24,000 bases of DNA from an uncultured Actinomycetota bacterium (GCA_963760585.1 CAVXDI010000004.1:730357-754356); one strand, 5' to 3'; numbered from the stretch's first letter, positions 8,304-20,343 are shown. Notes: generated by a model not told the origin, from the sequence alone. Numbers and translations are program-made.

Positions 8304-10112
8304 TCACCCCTCCGGGAACACGATCCCGTAGTCGTGGATCTTGCGGTAGATGGTGGCGCGGGAGAGCCCGAGCGAGCGGGCCGCCTGCACCTTGTTGCCG
8401 TGCGCCTCGGTGAGGGAGTGCACGATCGCGTCCCGCTCGAGGGACTCCATGACGCTCAGCACCCGCCGGCTCACCGCGTGCACCTCGGCCGGGAGGTCCT
8501 CCGGCGAGATGGTGCCGGTGCGTCGGTGGGACACCACCTCCCGCAGCGTCTCGTGCAGCTGGGCGACGTTGCCCGGCCAGGGCATCCGCATCAGCAGGCG
8601 GGTCGCCGCGGGGGAGCAGCTGAGGTTGGCGTGCCCCAGGCGGGCCAGGAAGACCGGCACCAGCAGGGCCAGGTCGTCGATGTGCTGGCGCAGCGGTGGC
8701 ACGGTCAGCGAGCTGGGGAAGGCCTGCAGGAGCTGGTGCAGGGCCGGCTCCCGTGGCCCCTGTCCCAGCGTGGCGGCGACCCACAACCGGCGCTCGCCGC
8801 CCGTGCGCCGCGCCTCGGTGAGCGTCGTCGTCAGCCGGCGCAGGACCGGGACGGGCAACCGGTCGACGTGCCGCAGCACGACCACGTCCGCGTCCCGGGT
8901 GAGAACCCGGTGGGCCTCGGCGGACCAGTCGCGCACGGTCGCCACGTCCTCGGCGTCGAGGACGGCGAAGCGGCCCACCGGCTGGCGACGCAGCTGCACG
9001 GCCCGCAGCATGGCGAGCTTGCCGACCCCCGCCTCGCCCTCCACGGCCAGCCACTCGCCGGAGCGGAAGATCCGTTCGAGCTCCTCGCTGGCGTGCAGCC
9101 ACGACTGCCCGGTGCCGACGAGCCCGGGCAGCGCTGCGCGGACCCGCACGGTCGGGCCGTGGGACGGGGTCTCCCCGGCGCCGTTCCGAGTCAGCTTGAC
9201 GTGGGCCACCACCCCCGCGGCCCGGTCCCCGTCGCGCACGGCACGGCAGTAGAGCCGTGCAGAACCTCCGCTGGGCAGGTCTACCAGGTGGGTGCGCGCC
9301 CCGCGAGCGTCACTGGCCCGGGCCAGCAGGGTCGCCTGGTCGTCGGGGCTCAGCAGCAGCCGGGCGTACTCGTTGAGCATCACGACGTCGTCGTTGAGGG
9401 CGAACACCACCTCGTTGCCCCGTCCGCAGGCCCGCATGTACTCCCGGAGGAGCCGCAGCTGTCCGGCCCCGGCGTCCGCGAGCAGCGCCTCGCGAATCTG
9501 CTCCGCCGTGGTGCGCGCCAGGGTGAGCAGGAGGGCGCCGGCGTCCTTGCGCCAGCAGGTCAGGTCGACCGCGCCGAGCAGCCGCCCCGAGACGGGGTGG
9601 TGGATGGGCACGCCGGCGCAGGCAAGGTCCTCGAGGTGCTCGGCGTAGTGCTCGTGGCCGAAGACGTGGGCCGGGCCGCCGACCTCGAGGGCGGTGCCGA
9701 TGCCGTTGGTGCCCACGTACTTCTCGGCGTAGCTGAACCCGGGGGCGAGGAGCACCTGGTCGAGGTGCTTCTCGAGCACGACGTCGTCGGTGAGCCGGCT
9801 GAGCACGAGGCCGGTCGGGTCGGTGAGGATCACGCTGACCGCCTGGCCGCCGAGCCGCTCCTTGAGGCTGCGCAGCACCGGCGCCGCGCTCCGGACCAGC
9901 GGGGTGTCGAGGGGGAGGTCGTCGGAGTAGCGCATCTCGAGCTTGTCGGCGGCGACGCTGAAGTCCTGCGAGCGGTGCCACGAGGCGAGGATCGGGTCCC
10001 GCACCGAGTCGGTGTCCTGCACGTCGGCGGTGAGGAAGTGCTCACGGCTCGACGCCGCCCTGGGCTGGTCGACGCCATGCGCATCCCCCGGCGAACCAGA
10101 TCTTGGTCTCAC
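8304..10112 (-). CDS. mimR: GAF / AAA+ / Fis-HTH transcriptional activator (AcoR/MimR-like, bEBP-related but without GAFTGA)
   Basis: GAF-like GTNGIGTALEVG...GVPIHHP, Walker A GEAGVGK, PPLRQHIDDL, WPGNVAQL, and C-terminal HTH AARSLGLSRATIYRKI. GTG start. It is divergent from the monooxygenase operon. Confidence 0.85.
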   Translation of the reverse strand: MRPRSGSPGDAHGVDQPRAASSREHFLTADVQDTDSVRDPILASWHRSQDFSVAADKLEMRYSDDLPLDTPLVRSAAPVLRSLKERLGGQAVSVILTDPTGLVLSRLTDDVVLEKHLDQVLLAPGFSYAEKYVGTNGIGTALEVGGPAHVFGHEHYAEHLEDLACAGVPIHHPVSGRLLGAVDLTCWRKDAGALLLTLARTTAEQIREALLADAGAGQLRLLREYMRACGRGNEVVFALNDDVVMLNEYARLLLSPDDQATLLARASDARGARTHLVDLPSGGSARLYCRAVRDGDRAAGVVAHVKLTRNGAGETPSHGPTVRVRAALPGLVGTGQSWLHASEELERIFRSGEWLAVEGEAGVGKLAMLRAVQLRRQPVGRFAVLDAEDVATVRDWSAEAHRVLTRDADVVVLRHVDRLPVPVLRRLTTTLTEARRTGGERRLWVAATLGQGPREPALHQLLQAFPSSLTVPPLRQHIDDLALLVPVFLARLGHANLSCSPAATRLLMRMPWPGNVAQLHETLREVVSHRRTGTISPEDLPAEVHAVSRRVLSVMESLERDAIVHSLTEAHGNKVQAARSLGLSRATIYRKIHDYGIVFPEG

Positions 10113-10209
10113 GTAGCCCCCATCTCTGCTGTCCCCTGTGGCGAGCCTAGGCGCTCGTGCGGCCCGGGTCGAGGCTCTGCGAGTCTCCTCGATCGCGTGG
10201 CCGGGGCGT

Positions 10210-10240
10210 GTCTCAGATTGAGACGGTGACCGCGGTCACC
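10210..10240. promoter_or_regulatory. Dyad GTCTCA-gat-TGAGAC (copy 2 of 3) abutting the perfect 16-bp palindrome GGTGACCGCGGTCACC
   Basis: Read directly. It lies in the divergent region between the regulator start (10112) and ATG 10308. Confidence 0.5.
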
Positions 10241-10307
10241 CGGCGTAACGTCCGCGGCCTAGCGAGAGGGCGACCCCTCGGGTCGTCCCGCGAAGGAGGC
10301 ACCGCCG

Positions 10308-10613
10308 ATGAGCAACACCGAGGACCGGGCAGAGAACCGGCCGGAGGACCGGGCGGGCGACCGTGGGGGCGAACGGGCCGGCGGCGGGGATCCCGAGACG
10401 TTCAACCCGTGGAGCGTGGTCAACCTGGTCTTCACGCATCTCGCGGACCAGGGGCTGCACCCCGTCCTCGGCGACAGCGGGGACCCGGGCCCCCCGGCCG
10501 AGCAGCTGTTGCGGGCGCTGGGGATCGAGCCCGCCCCGGAGGGCAACCGCGAGGTCATGCGCGGGGTTCACGCCCACCTGGCGGAGATCCGGGAAGCGTT
10601 CGAGAGGCGCTGA
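10308..10613 (+). CDS. Hypothetical 101-aa protein with a low-complexity acidic/Arg N-terminus
   Basis: GAAGGAGG Shine-Dalgarno 8 nt upstream of the ATG, and high GC3. No family recognised. Confidence 0.55.
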   Translation: MSNTEDRAENRPEDRAGDRGGERAGGGDPETFNPWSVVNLVFTHLADQGLHPVLGDSGDPGPPAEQLLRALGIEPAPEGNREVMRGVHAHLAEIREAFERR

Positions 10614-10641
10614 CCCCGACGCTCGCCGCGGTGTGACCTCC

Positions 10642-10665
10642 GTCTCAACCTGAGACCTTGACCGC
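10642..10665. promoter_or_regulatory. Dyad GTCTCA-acc-TGAGAC (copy 3 of 3) followed by a TTGACC -35-like hexamer; candidate operator/promoter of the monooxygenase operon
   Basis: Read directly. It lies 60-83 nt upstream of ATG 10725. I could not identify a convincing -10 hexamer. Confidence 0.5.
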
Positions 10666-10724
10666 CGGGTTCTGGGGCTTTCATGGCACTCACACGACCA
10701 CCGATCGTTCAGGAAGGAGTGGAG

Positions 10725-12377
10725 ATGACTCGCCAAAGCGTGGCCAAGGCTCACGAGAAGATTCAGGAGCTGGCCTGGGAGCCCCTCTACCACAAGCCGG
10801 TGTCTCAGTACGGCACGGACTACACGTTCCAGAAGGCCAAGAAGAAGGACCCTCTCAAGCAGGTGCTGCGGTCCTACTTCCCCATGCAGGAGGAGAAGGA
10901 CCACCGCGTCTACGGCGCCGCCGACGGCGCGATCCGCGGCAACATGTTCCGCCAGGTCCAGGAGCGCTGGCTGGAGTGGCAGAAGCTCTTCCTCTCGATC
11001 ATCCCGCTGCCGGAGATCTCCGCCGCCCGCGCGATGCCCCTGCTGTTCAACACGGTCCCGAACCCCGAGCTGCACAACGGGCAGGCGATCCAGATGATCG
11101 ACGAGGTACGGCACTCGACGATCCAGCAGAACCTCAAGCGCCTCTACATGAACAACTACATCGACCCGGCCGGCTTCAACTCGAGCCTGCGCAACTTCCA
11201 GAACGACTACTGCGGCACCATCGGCCGGCAGTTCGCGGAGGGCTTCATCACCGGCGACGCCATCACCGCAGCCAGCATCTACCTCACGATCGTCGCCGAG
11301 ACGGCGTTCACCAACACTCTCTTCGTCGCGATGCCCGCCGAGGCGGCCGCGAACGGTGACTACCTGCTGCCCACCGTGTTCCACTCGGTGCAGTCCGACG
11401 AGTCGCGCCACATCAGCAACGGCTACGCGACCCTGCTGATGGCGCTGGCCGACGAGGGCAACCACCAGCTGCTCGAGCGCGACCTGCGTTACGCCTGGTG
11501 GAACAACCACCGGGTGGTCGACGCCGCGATCGGCACCTTCATCGAGTACGGCACGAAGGACCGGCGCAAGGACCGCGAGAGCTACGCCGAGATGTGGCGT
11601 CGCTGGATCTACGACGACTACTACCGCTCGTACCTCGTGCCGTTGGAGAAGTACGGCCTGGTGATCCCGCACGACCTCATCGAGGAGTCCTGGAACCAGA
11701 TCTGGAACAAGGGCTACGTCCACGAGGTGGCCCAGTTCTTCGCCACCGGGTGGCTCGCCAACTACTGGCGGATCGACCCGATGACGGACAAGGACTTCGA
11801 GTGGTTCGAGTACAAGTACCCGGGCTGGTACGACAAGTACGGCGCCTGGTGGGAGAACTACTCCCGCCTGTCCGTGGCCAACGGTCACCACCCGATCGTC
11901 GCCGAGGACGTCAACTACCAGTACCCGCACCGGTGCTGGACCTGCATGGTGCCGTGCCTGGTCCGCGAGGACATGGTCATGCACGAGGTCGACGGGCAGA
12001 TGCGCACCTACTGCCACGAGGCCTGCCGCTGGACCGACGTGGAGGCCTTCCGCCCGACCTACCAGGGTCGCGAGACCCCGAACATGGGCCAGCTGATCGG
12101 CAAGCGCGAGTGGGAGACGCTCTACCACGGCTGGAACTGGGCCGACGTGGTCTCCGACATGGGCTACGTCCGCGACGACGGCCACACCCTGGTCGCGCAG
12201 CCGCACCTGGACCTGAACCCCAAGAAGATGTGGAACCTGGACCACCTGCGCCGGATGCCCCCGCTGCTCAGCCCCAACGTCATCCTCAACGAGATGTCGC
12301 CCGAGGAGCAGCAGGCCTTCCACGCCGACTACATCAAGGGAGGTCCGGCGGGCCGCCCGGCGGCCGCCAACAACTGA
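10725..12377 (+). CDS. mimA: Soluble di-iron monooxygenase hydroxylase alpha (large) subunit, MimA/PrmA type
   Basis: GGAAGGAG Shine-Dalgarno before ATG 10725. Two di-iron motifs are present: ELHNGQAIQMIDEVRH and ETAF...VQSDESRH. The conserved blocks RGNMFRQVQERWLEWQKLFLSIIP and HRCWTCMVPC are also present. Confidence 0.95.
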   Translation: MTRQSVAKAHEKIQELAWEPLYHKPVSQYGTDYTFQKAKKKDPLKQVLRSYFPMQEEKDHRVYGAADGAIRGNMFRQVQERWLEWQKLFLSIIPLPEISAARAMPLLFNTVPNPELHNGQAIQMIDEVRHSTIQQNLKRLYMNNYIDPAGFNSSLRNFQNDYCGTIGRQFAEGFITGDAITAASIYLTIVAETAFTNTLFVAMPAEAAANGDYLLPTVFHSVQSDESRHISNGYATLLMALADEGNHQLLERDLRYAWWNNHRVVDAAIGTFIEYGTKDRRKDRESYAEMWRRWIYDDYYRSYLVPLEKYGLVIPHDLIEESWNQIWNKGYVHEVAQFFATGWLANYWRIDPMTDKDFEWFEYKYPGWYDKYGAWWENYSRLSVANGHHPIVAEDVNYQYPHRCWTCMVPCLVREDMVMHEVDGQMRTYCHEACRWTDVEAFRPTYQGRETPNMGQLIGKREWETLYHGWNWADVVSDMGYVRDDGHTLVAQPHLDLNPKKMWNLDHLRRMPPLLSPNVILNEMSPEEQQAFHADYIKGGPAGRPAAANN

Positions 12378-12417
12378 GCGGCCGGCACCTCCACGATGCA
12401 CCACTGACGGACGAGCA

Positions 12418-12444
12418 CCGGGCCGGCCGAGAAGGCCGGCCCGG
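12418..12444 (+). promoter_or_regulatory. Intercistronic stem-loop (11-bp all-G/C stem, 5-nt loop) between the alpha-subunit and reductase genes
   Basis: ccgggccggcc-gagaa-ggccggcccgg read directly. It ends 17 nt before ATG 12462 and has no U-tract. Confidence 0.6.
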
Positions 12445-12461
12445 GGACGGGAAAGGGTTCC

Positions 12462-13502
12462 ATGGGCGAGAAGCATGTCGTGCGGTTCGAGCCCGTCGGC
12501 ATCGAGATCGAGGTCGACGAGGAGCAGAACGTGCTCCGCGCCGCGGCCGAGCAGGGCATCACGCTCATGCACGGCTGCAAGGAGGGCCAGTGCGCCGCCT
12601 GCAAGTCGTTCGTCCTCGACGGTGACGACATCGAGCTGGACAAGTACTCGACGTTCGCCCTGCCGGACTTCGAGCTCGACGAGGGGTTCACGCTCCTGTG
12701 CCGGGCCCACGTCTACGAGGACGTCACGATCGAGCTTCTCAACTACGACGAGGAGATGCTCCGCTCCGGCCACCCGATCGTGGAGGCGGTCGCCGAGGTG
12801 GTCTCCAAGGACCACGTCACCCACGACATGCGGCACCTGGTGCTCAAGCTCGTGGAGCCCACGGAGATCGCGTTCTGGCCCGGCCAGTACATCGACATCG
12901 CGATCCCCGGCACCGAGGAGACCCGATCGTTCTCGATGGCCAACGTCTCCAGCAAGGACGGCGGGCTGCTCGAGTTCATCATCCGGTGCTACCCGGACGG
13001 CCGGTTCTCGAGCTTCCTCGACACCGAGCTCTCCGTCGGGGACCAGCTCCAGGTCACCGGCCCGTTCGGAGTCTTCACCCTGCGTGACGGACGCGACTCC
13101 GACGTCGTCTTCGTCGGGGGTGGGGCCGGGATGGCGCCGATCCTCTCGGTCCTGCGGGCCATGGCCGAGCGGGGCAGCACCCGCAAGGCGACCTTCTACT
13201 ACGGGGCGCGCACACAGCGTGACCTCTGCTTCGAGAAGGAGCTCCGCGCGCTCAGCGAGGCGTGGCCCACCTTCCGCTACGTCCCGGCGCTCTCCGAGGC
13301 CGACGACAGCGAGCCCTGGGACGGCGAGGTGGGTCTGATCACCGACGTCGTACGCCGGCATGAGACCGATCTCTCGGAGACCGACTCCTACGTCTGCGGT
13401 CCGCCGCCGATGGTCGAGGCGGCCATGGAGGTGCTCGACGCGCTCGGGGCCCCCGAGAAGCACATCTACTACGACAAGTTCACCACCACCGGTTCGTCCT
13501 GA
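12462..13502 (+). CDS. mimB: SDIMO NADH oxidoreductase (2Fe-2S ferredoxin + FNR-like FAD/NAD domains), MimB/PrmB type
   Basis: Plant-type cluster CKEGQCAACKS...LLCRAH, FAD motif RSFSMAN, and NAD motif VFVGGGAGMAP. Confidence 0.9.
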   Translation: MGEKHVVRFEPVGIEIEVDEEQNVLRAAAEQGITLMHGCKEGQCAACKSFVLDGDDIELDKYSTFALPDFELDEGFTLLCRAHVYEDVTIELLNYDEEMLRSGHPIVEAVAEVVSKDHVTHDMRHLVLKLVEPTEIAFWPGQYIDIAIPGTEETRSFSMANVSSKDGGLLEFIIRCYPDGRFSSFLDTELSVGDQLQVTGPFGVFTLRDGRDSDVVFVGGGAGMAPILSVLRAMAERGSTRKATFYYGARTQRDLCFEKELRALSEAWPTFRYVPALSEADDSEPWDGEVGLITDVVRRHETDLSETDSYVCGPPPMVEAAMEVLDALGAPEKHIYYDKFTTTGSS

Positions 13503-13527
13503 CGGACGGCCCGCGAGAGCGAGGCGG

Positions 13528-14709
13528 ATGCACATGACCACCGAGGTCGCCCAGGAACGCAGCTCACCGAAGCCGGAGTTCACCGACGCCGAGGCCGGCG
13601 CCAAGGTCTTCCCCGACTCCACGCTGCGGCACTACAACTACTTCACCCCACAGAAGCGCAAGCAGTCCCACTACGAGGACGTCACCGTCGAGGTGCAGCC
13701 GGACCCCCGCCACTACCTCGCCCAGGGCTGGCTCTACGGCTTCTCCGACGGTCGTGGCGGCTACCCGCTGGAGTGGACGAAGCTGAAGGCGTGGGGCGTG
13801 GACCGGGGCGACCCGGAGCGCTACCCCGGGTCGGGCGGCAAGGGCTACGAGTGGCCGGCCCACGGCTGGCACGAGTTCCGGGACCCGAACGAGGAGTGGG
13901 AGCTCACCTTCTACCGCAACAACTCCAACGTCGTGCGCCAGGTCACCCAGAACATCGAGACGGCGCGGGAGACCAAGGCCTTCGAGCAGTGGAACCCGAA
14001 CTGGGTGACCTTCGTCGAGCGCAACGTCGGTGCGTGGATGCACGTCGAGCAGGGCCTCGGGCTCTACCTCTTCGCCAACGCCCAGCGGCGCGCTCCCACC
14101 AACATGCACAACAACGCGATCTCGGTGAACAGCATGCACCGGCTCCGGTTCGCCCAGGACCTCGCGCTGTACAACCTCACGCTCAGCCAGGAGATCGAGG
14201 GCTTCGACGGGACTGCGCACGTCGCGACGTGGAACGAGGACCCCGCCTGGCAGGGCGTCCGTCGGGTCGCCGAGGAGATGACCGCGATCGACGACTGGGG
14301 GGAGGCGATCTTCGTCGCGAACATCATCTTCGAGCCCCTCGTCGGTGAGCTGTTCCGCAGCCAGCTGGTGCAGCAGGCGGCCCCGGGCAACGGCGACTTC
14401 GTCACGCCGACCGTGGTCGGTGCCGGGGAGTGGGACTACGCCTCGCGGGACCTGCGGTACACCAAGGCGATGTTCGAGCTGCTCACCGACGACAAGGAGT
14501 TCGCCGACCACAACAAGGGCCTGATCGACGGGTGGCTCGCCAGCTGGGTGCCCAAGTGCCTGGTCGCCGCCCGCCAGCTGCAGCCGATCTGGTCGCAGCC
14601 GGACTCCAAGCCCCCGCGCTTCGAGGACGGTCTCGACCGCGCCAAGAGCCGGTTCAGCGTCATCCTCACGGAGCTGGGCCTGACCATCCCGAAGGAGCTG
14701 ACCCAGTGA
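13528..14709 (+). CDS. mimC: SDIMO hydroxylase beta (small) subunit, MimC/PrmC type
   Basis: Assigned by its position between the reductase and coupling-protein genes and by ferritin-like helical content. Start is ATG 13528 or ATG 13534, with GAGG at 13521. The track ORF from 13360 overlaps the reductase. Confidence 0.8.
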   Translation: MHMTTEVAQERSSPKPEFTDAEAGAKVFPDSTLRHYNYFTPQKRKQSHYEDVTVEVQPDPRHYLAQGWLYGFSDGRGGYPLEWTKLKAWGVDRGDPERYPGSGGKGYEWPAHGWHEFRDPNEEWELTFYRNNSNVVRQVTQNIETARETKAFEQWNPNWVTFVERNVGAWMHVEQGLGLYLFANAQRRAPTNMHNNAISVNSMHRLRFAQDLALYNLTLSQEIEGFDGTAHVATWNEDPAWQGVRRVAEEMTAIDDWGEAIFVANIIFEPLVGELFRSQLVQQAAPGNGDFVTPTVVGAGEWDYASRDLRYTKAMFELLTDDKEFADHNKGLIDGWLASWVPKCLVAARQLQPIWSQPDSKPPRFEDGLDRAKSRFSVILTELGLTIPKELTQ

Positions 14710-15101
14710 CCGGATACCAGTCGACCCAGACGTCGTACGCGACCACCGAGAGCGCGTTCAAGTCCGACAACACCCCGTCCAACAAGTGTGGCGTCACCCT
14801 GATGAACAACCAGGTCGGCGCCGTGATGGCGGAGGTCATGCGCGACAAGGAGGGGGTCACGGTGACCCCGCTCCCGTCGATGATCCGCGTCGACGGCACG
14901 AGCCGGATGGACTTCGTCTACGACGAGATCTCCGAGGCCCTCGGAGAGGAGGAGGGATCCTTCGACGCCGCCGGGTTCGAGGAGAACATGTCGACCCACT
15001 ACGGCCGGATGATCCACGAGGACGACCGGACGATCATGTTCGCCAACCCCGAGGACGCCGCGGAGTACATCGGCTTCGACCTGAAGACCTACGAGAAGTG
15101 A
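14706..15101 (+). CDS. mimD: SDIMO coupling/effector protein (MmoB/DmpM family), MimD/PrmD type
   Basis: [18 protein letters not shown]...PSMIRVDG...MSTHYGRMI resembles MmoB/DmpM. GTG 14706 overlaps the beta-subunit stop (GTGA) and GAAGGAG lies 8 nt upstream. ATG 14802 is an alternative start. Confidence 0.8.
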   Translation: MTGYQSTQTSYATTESAFKSDNTPSNKCGVTLMNNQVGAVMAEVMRDKEGVTVTPLPSMIRVDGTSRMDFVYDEISEALGEEEGSFDAAGFEENMSTHYGRMIHEDDRTIMFANPEDAAEYIGFDLKTYEK

Positions 15102-15138
15102 GCCGGTCGGACTGATCCCGCAACCCCCAGGAGGAACC

Positions 15139-16182
15139 GTGTACCAGAAGGACGGCGAGAACTACTTCATCGTCGACAGCCACATGCACTACTGGGACGC
15201 CAGCCCGGCGAACTGGGTGGCCGGCCAGGAGAACTACGCCAAGGGCTGGATCGAGTGCTTCCACGCCTACCAGGGGCTCGGGCCCCCCGAGACGCACTGG
15301 TCGATCGAGCACTTCCAGAAGTACTCCGAGCAGGACCTCATGAAGGACGTCTTCGAGGACGGCCACGTGGACGTGGCGGTCTTCCAGCCGACGTATCTCA
15401 AGGAGTGGTACTCGGAGGGCTTCAACACCACCGAGAAGAACGGTGCGCTCTCGGAGAAGCACCCCGGCAAGTTCATCGTCAACACGCGCTTCGACCCACG
15501 CGACGGGGATCCGGGGCTGAGGGCGTTCGAGGAGAACGTCAAGCGCTGGGGCTCGACGGGCATCAAGCTCTACACCGCCGAGTGGAACAACGGCTCGCGC
15601 GGCTACAAGCTCTCGGACCCGGCGTGCTACCGCTTCCTGGAGAAGGCCCAGGAGCTCGGCGTGAAGAACGTCCACGTGCACAAGGGGCCGACGATCTGGC
15701 CGCTGGACAAGGACGCCTTCGACGTCAGCGACGTCGACCACGCGGCGACGGACTTCCCCGAGCTCAACTTCATCGTCGAGCACGTCGGTCTGCCCCGCAT
15801 CGAGGACTTCTGCTTCATGGCGACCCAGGAGCCGAACGTGTACGCCGGCCTGTCGGTGGTCATCGGCGGCCTGATGTACGCCCGGCCGAAGTTCTTCGCC
15901 AAGGTGATGGGCGAGCTGCTGTTCTGGGTCGGCGAGGACAAGATGACCTTCGGCAGCGACTACGGCATCTGGGAGCCGAAGTGGCAGATCGAGGGGTTCG
16001 TCGACTGGGACTACCCCAGTGACGAGTTCTCCGACTACCCGCGGGTGAACACCGCGACCAAGAAGAAGATCCTCGGCCTGAACGCCGCGAAGCTCTACGG
16101 CATCGAGGTGCCCGAGGAGTGCCGACTGCCCGACGACGCCGGTACCCCGGCGGCGCAGGAGGACGCGGTGTTGGTGGAATGA
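15139..16182 (+). CDS. Amidohydrolase-2 (metal-dependent TIM-barrel hydrolase) family protein
   Basis: AGGAGGAA Shine-Dalgarno with a GTG start. N-terminal IVDSHMHYW metal-binding motif, and C-terminal FGSDYGIWEP. Confidence 0.85.
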   Translation: MYQKDGENYFIVDSHMHYWDASPANWVAGQENYAKGWIECFHAYQGLGPPETHWSIEHFQKYSEQDLMKDVFEDGHVDVAVFQPTYLKEWYSEGFNTTEKNGALSEKHPGKFIVNTRFDPRDGDPGLRAFEENVKRWGSTGIKLYTAEWNNGSRGYKLSDPACYRFLEKAQELGVKNVHVHKGPTIWPLDKDAFDVSDVDHAATDFPELNFIVEHVGLPRIEDFCFMATQEPNVYAGLSVVIGGLMYARPKFFAKVMGELLFWVGEDKMTFGSDYGIWEPKWQIEGFVDWDYPSDEFSDYPRVNTATKKKILGLNAAKLYGIEVPEECRLPDDAGTPAAQEDAVLVE

Positions 16183-16226
16183 CGGTCGGCGGCACGAGGA
16201 CTGGTGGGATGACGGTCGGCGGCACG
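16173..16226 (+). repeat. Direct repeat ggtggRatgacggtcggcggcacg, two copies spaced 30 nt, 23/24 identical
   Basis: Read directly. It duplicates the start codon and gives MTVGGTRTGG-MTVGGTA. Confidence 0.9.
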
Positions 16227-16924
16227 GCGACCCGGGCGGAGGTGCTCGCCGCTCTCGAGGCGGTGCGTGACCCCGAGCTCGACGAGCCGGTGACGTCGCT
16301 CGGTTTCGTGTCCTCGTGCGCCGTCTCGGCGGCGGGCGACGCCCAGGTGCGGTTGCGGTTGCCGACGTTCTTCTGCGCTCCCAACTTCGCCTTCCTCATG
16401 GTCGCCGACGCCTACGACGCGGTCAGCCGCGTCCCGGGCGTCCGTCGGGCCGAGGTGATCCTCGAGGACCACTTCGCCGGCGACGCCATCAACCGCGGCG
16501 TCGCCGCCAGGGCCGGCTTCGAGGAGTCGTTCGAGGGGCTGGCCGACGGTGAGCTCGACGAGCTGCGCACCGACTTCGTCCGCAAGGCGGTCCTGGCCGG
16601 CACCGACCGGGTCTGCCGGCCGATGCTGGCCGCCGGCCGTACCACCGAGGACCTCGCCGCGCTCAACCTCGGCGACGCACCGGCCTCGGCGGACCGGGAA
16701 CGGCTGCGTTCGCGGCGCGCCGAGCTCGGTCTGCCGGCGGACGACGACTCGCCCCTGCTCGTCGACGCCACGACGGGGGAGCGGATCGACGTCGAGGCCC
16801 TGCCCCTGCACCTGCGACGCACCCGGCTCACCCGGGTGAACACCGAAGCCAACGGCAGCATGTGTCGCGGGATGCTGCTCCATCGCTATGGAACCCCCGG
16901 TCAGGGAGAAGTGGAGGAGGTCCG

Positions 16925-16928
<4 letters not shown>
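16179..16928 (+). CDS. DUF59 (MIP18/PaaD-like, metal-cluster-assembly-related) domain protein with a ~140-aa C-terminal extension
   Basis: EVLAALEAVRDPELDEPVTSLGFV...VRLRLPT..C resembles DUF59. ATG 16179 overlaps the amidohydrolase stop (ATGA). A second ATG at 16209 arises from a duplicated 24-nt block. Confidence 0.7.
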
Positions 16929-20335
<3,407 letters not shown>

Positions 20336-20343
20336 GGCCGTTC

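Noticed and set aside
10684-10689. TGGCAC upstream of the alpha-subunit gene, resembling a sigma-54 -24 element
   Set aside because: The sequence five nucleotides downstream is CGACC, not the TTGC of a -12 element. The regulator has no GAFTGA motif, and Actinobacteria are generally reported to lack sigma-54. It is also only ~36 nt from the ATG and lies inside the discarded 10683 ORF extension.
10683-10724. Upstream ATG 10683 as the start of the alpha subunit (the track ORF start)
   Set aside because: ATG 10725 is preceded by GGAAGGAG at ideal spacing. The protein from 10725 (MTRQSVAKAHEKIQEL...) begins where, from memory, MimA/PrmA-type proteins start. No ribosome-binding site precedes 10683.
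10236-13622. 1128-aa ORF on the minus strand spanning the alpha-subunit and reductase genes
   Set aside because: It is antisense to two ORFs with clear catalytic motifs and Shine-Dalgarno sites. Its translation is Arg/Gly/Val/Asp-rich with no motif. Long antisense frames like this are expected in GC-rich DNA where stop codons are rare.
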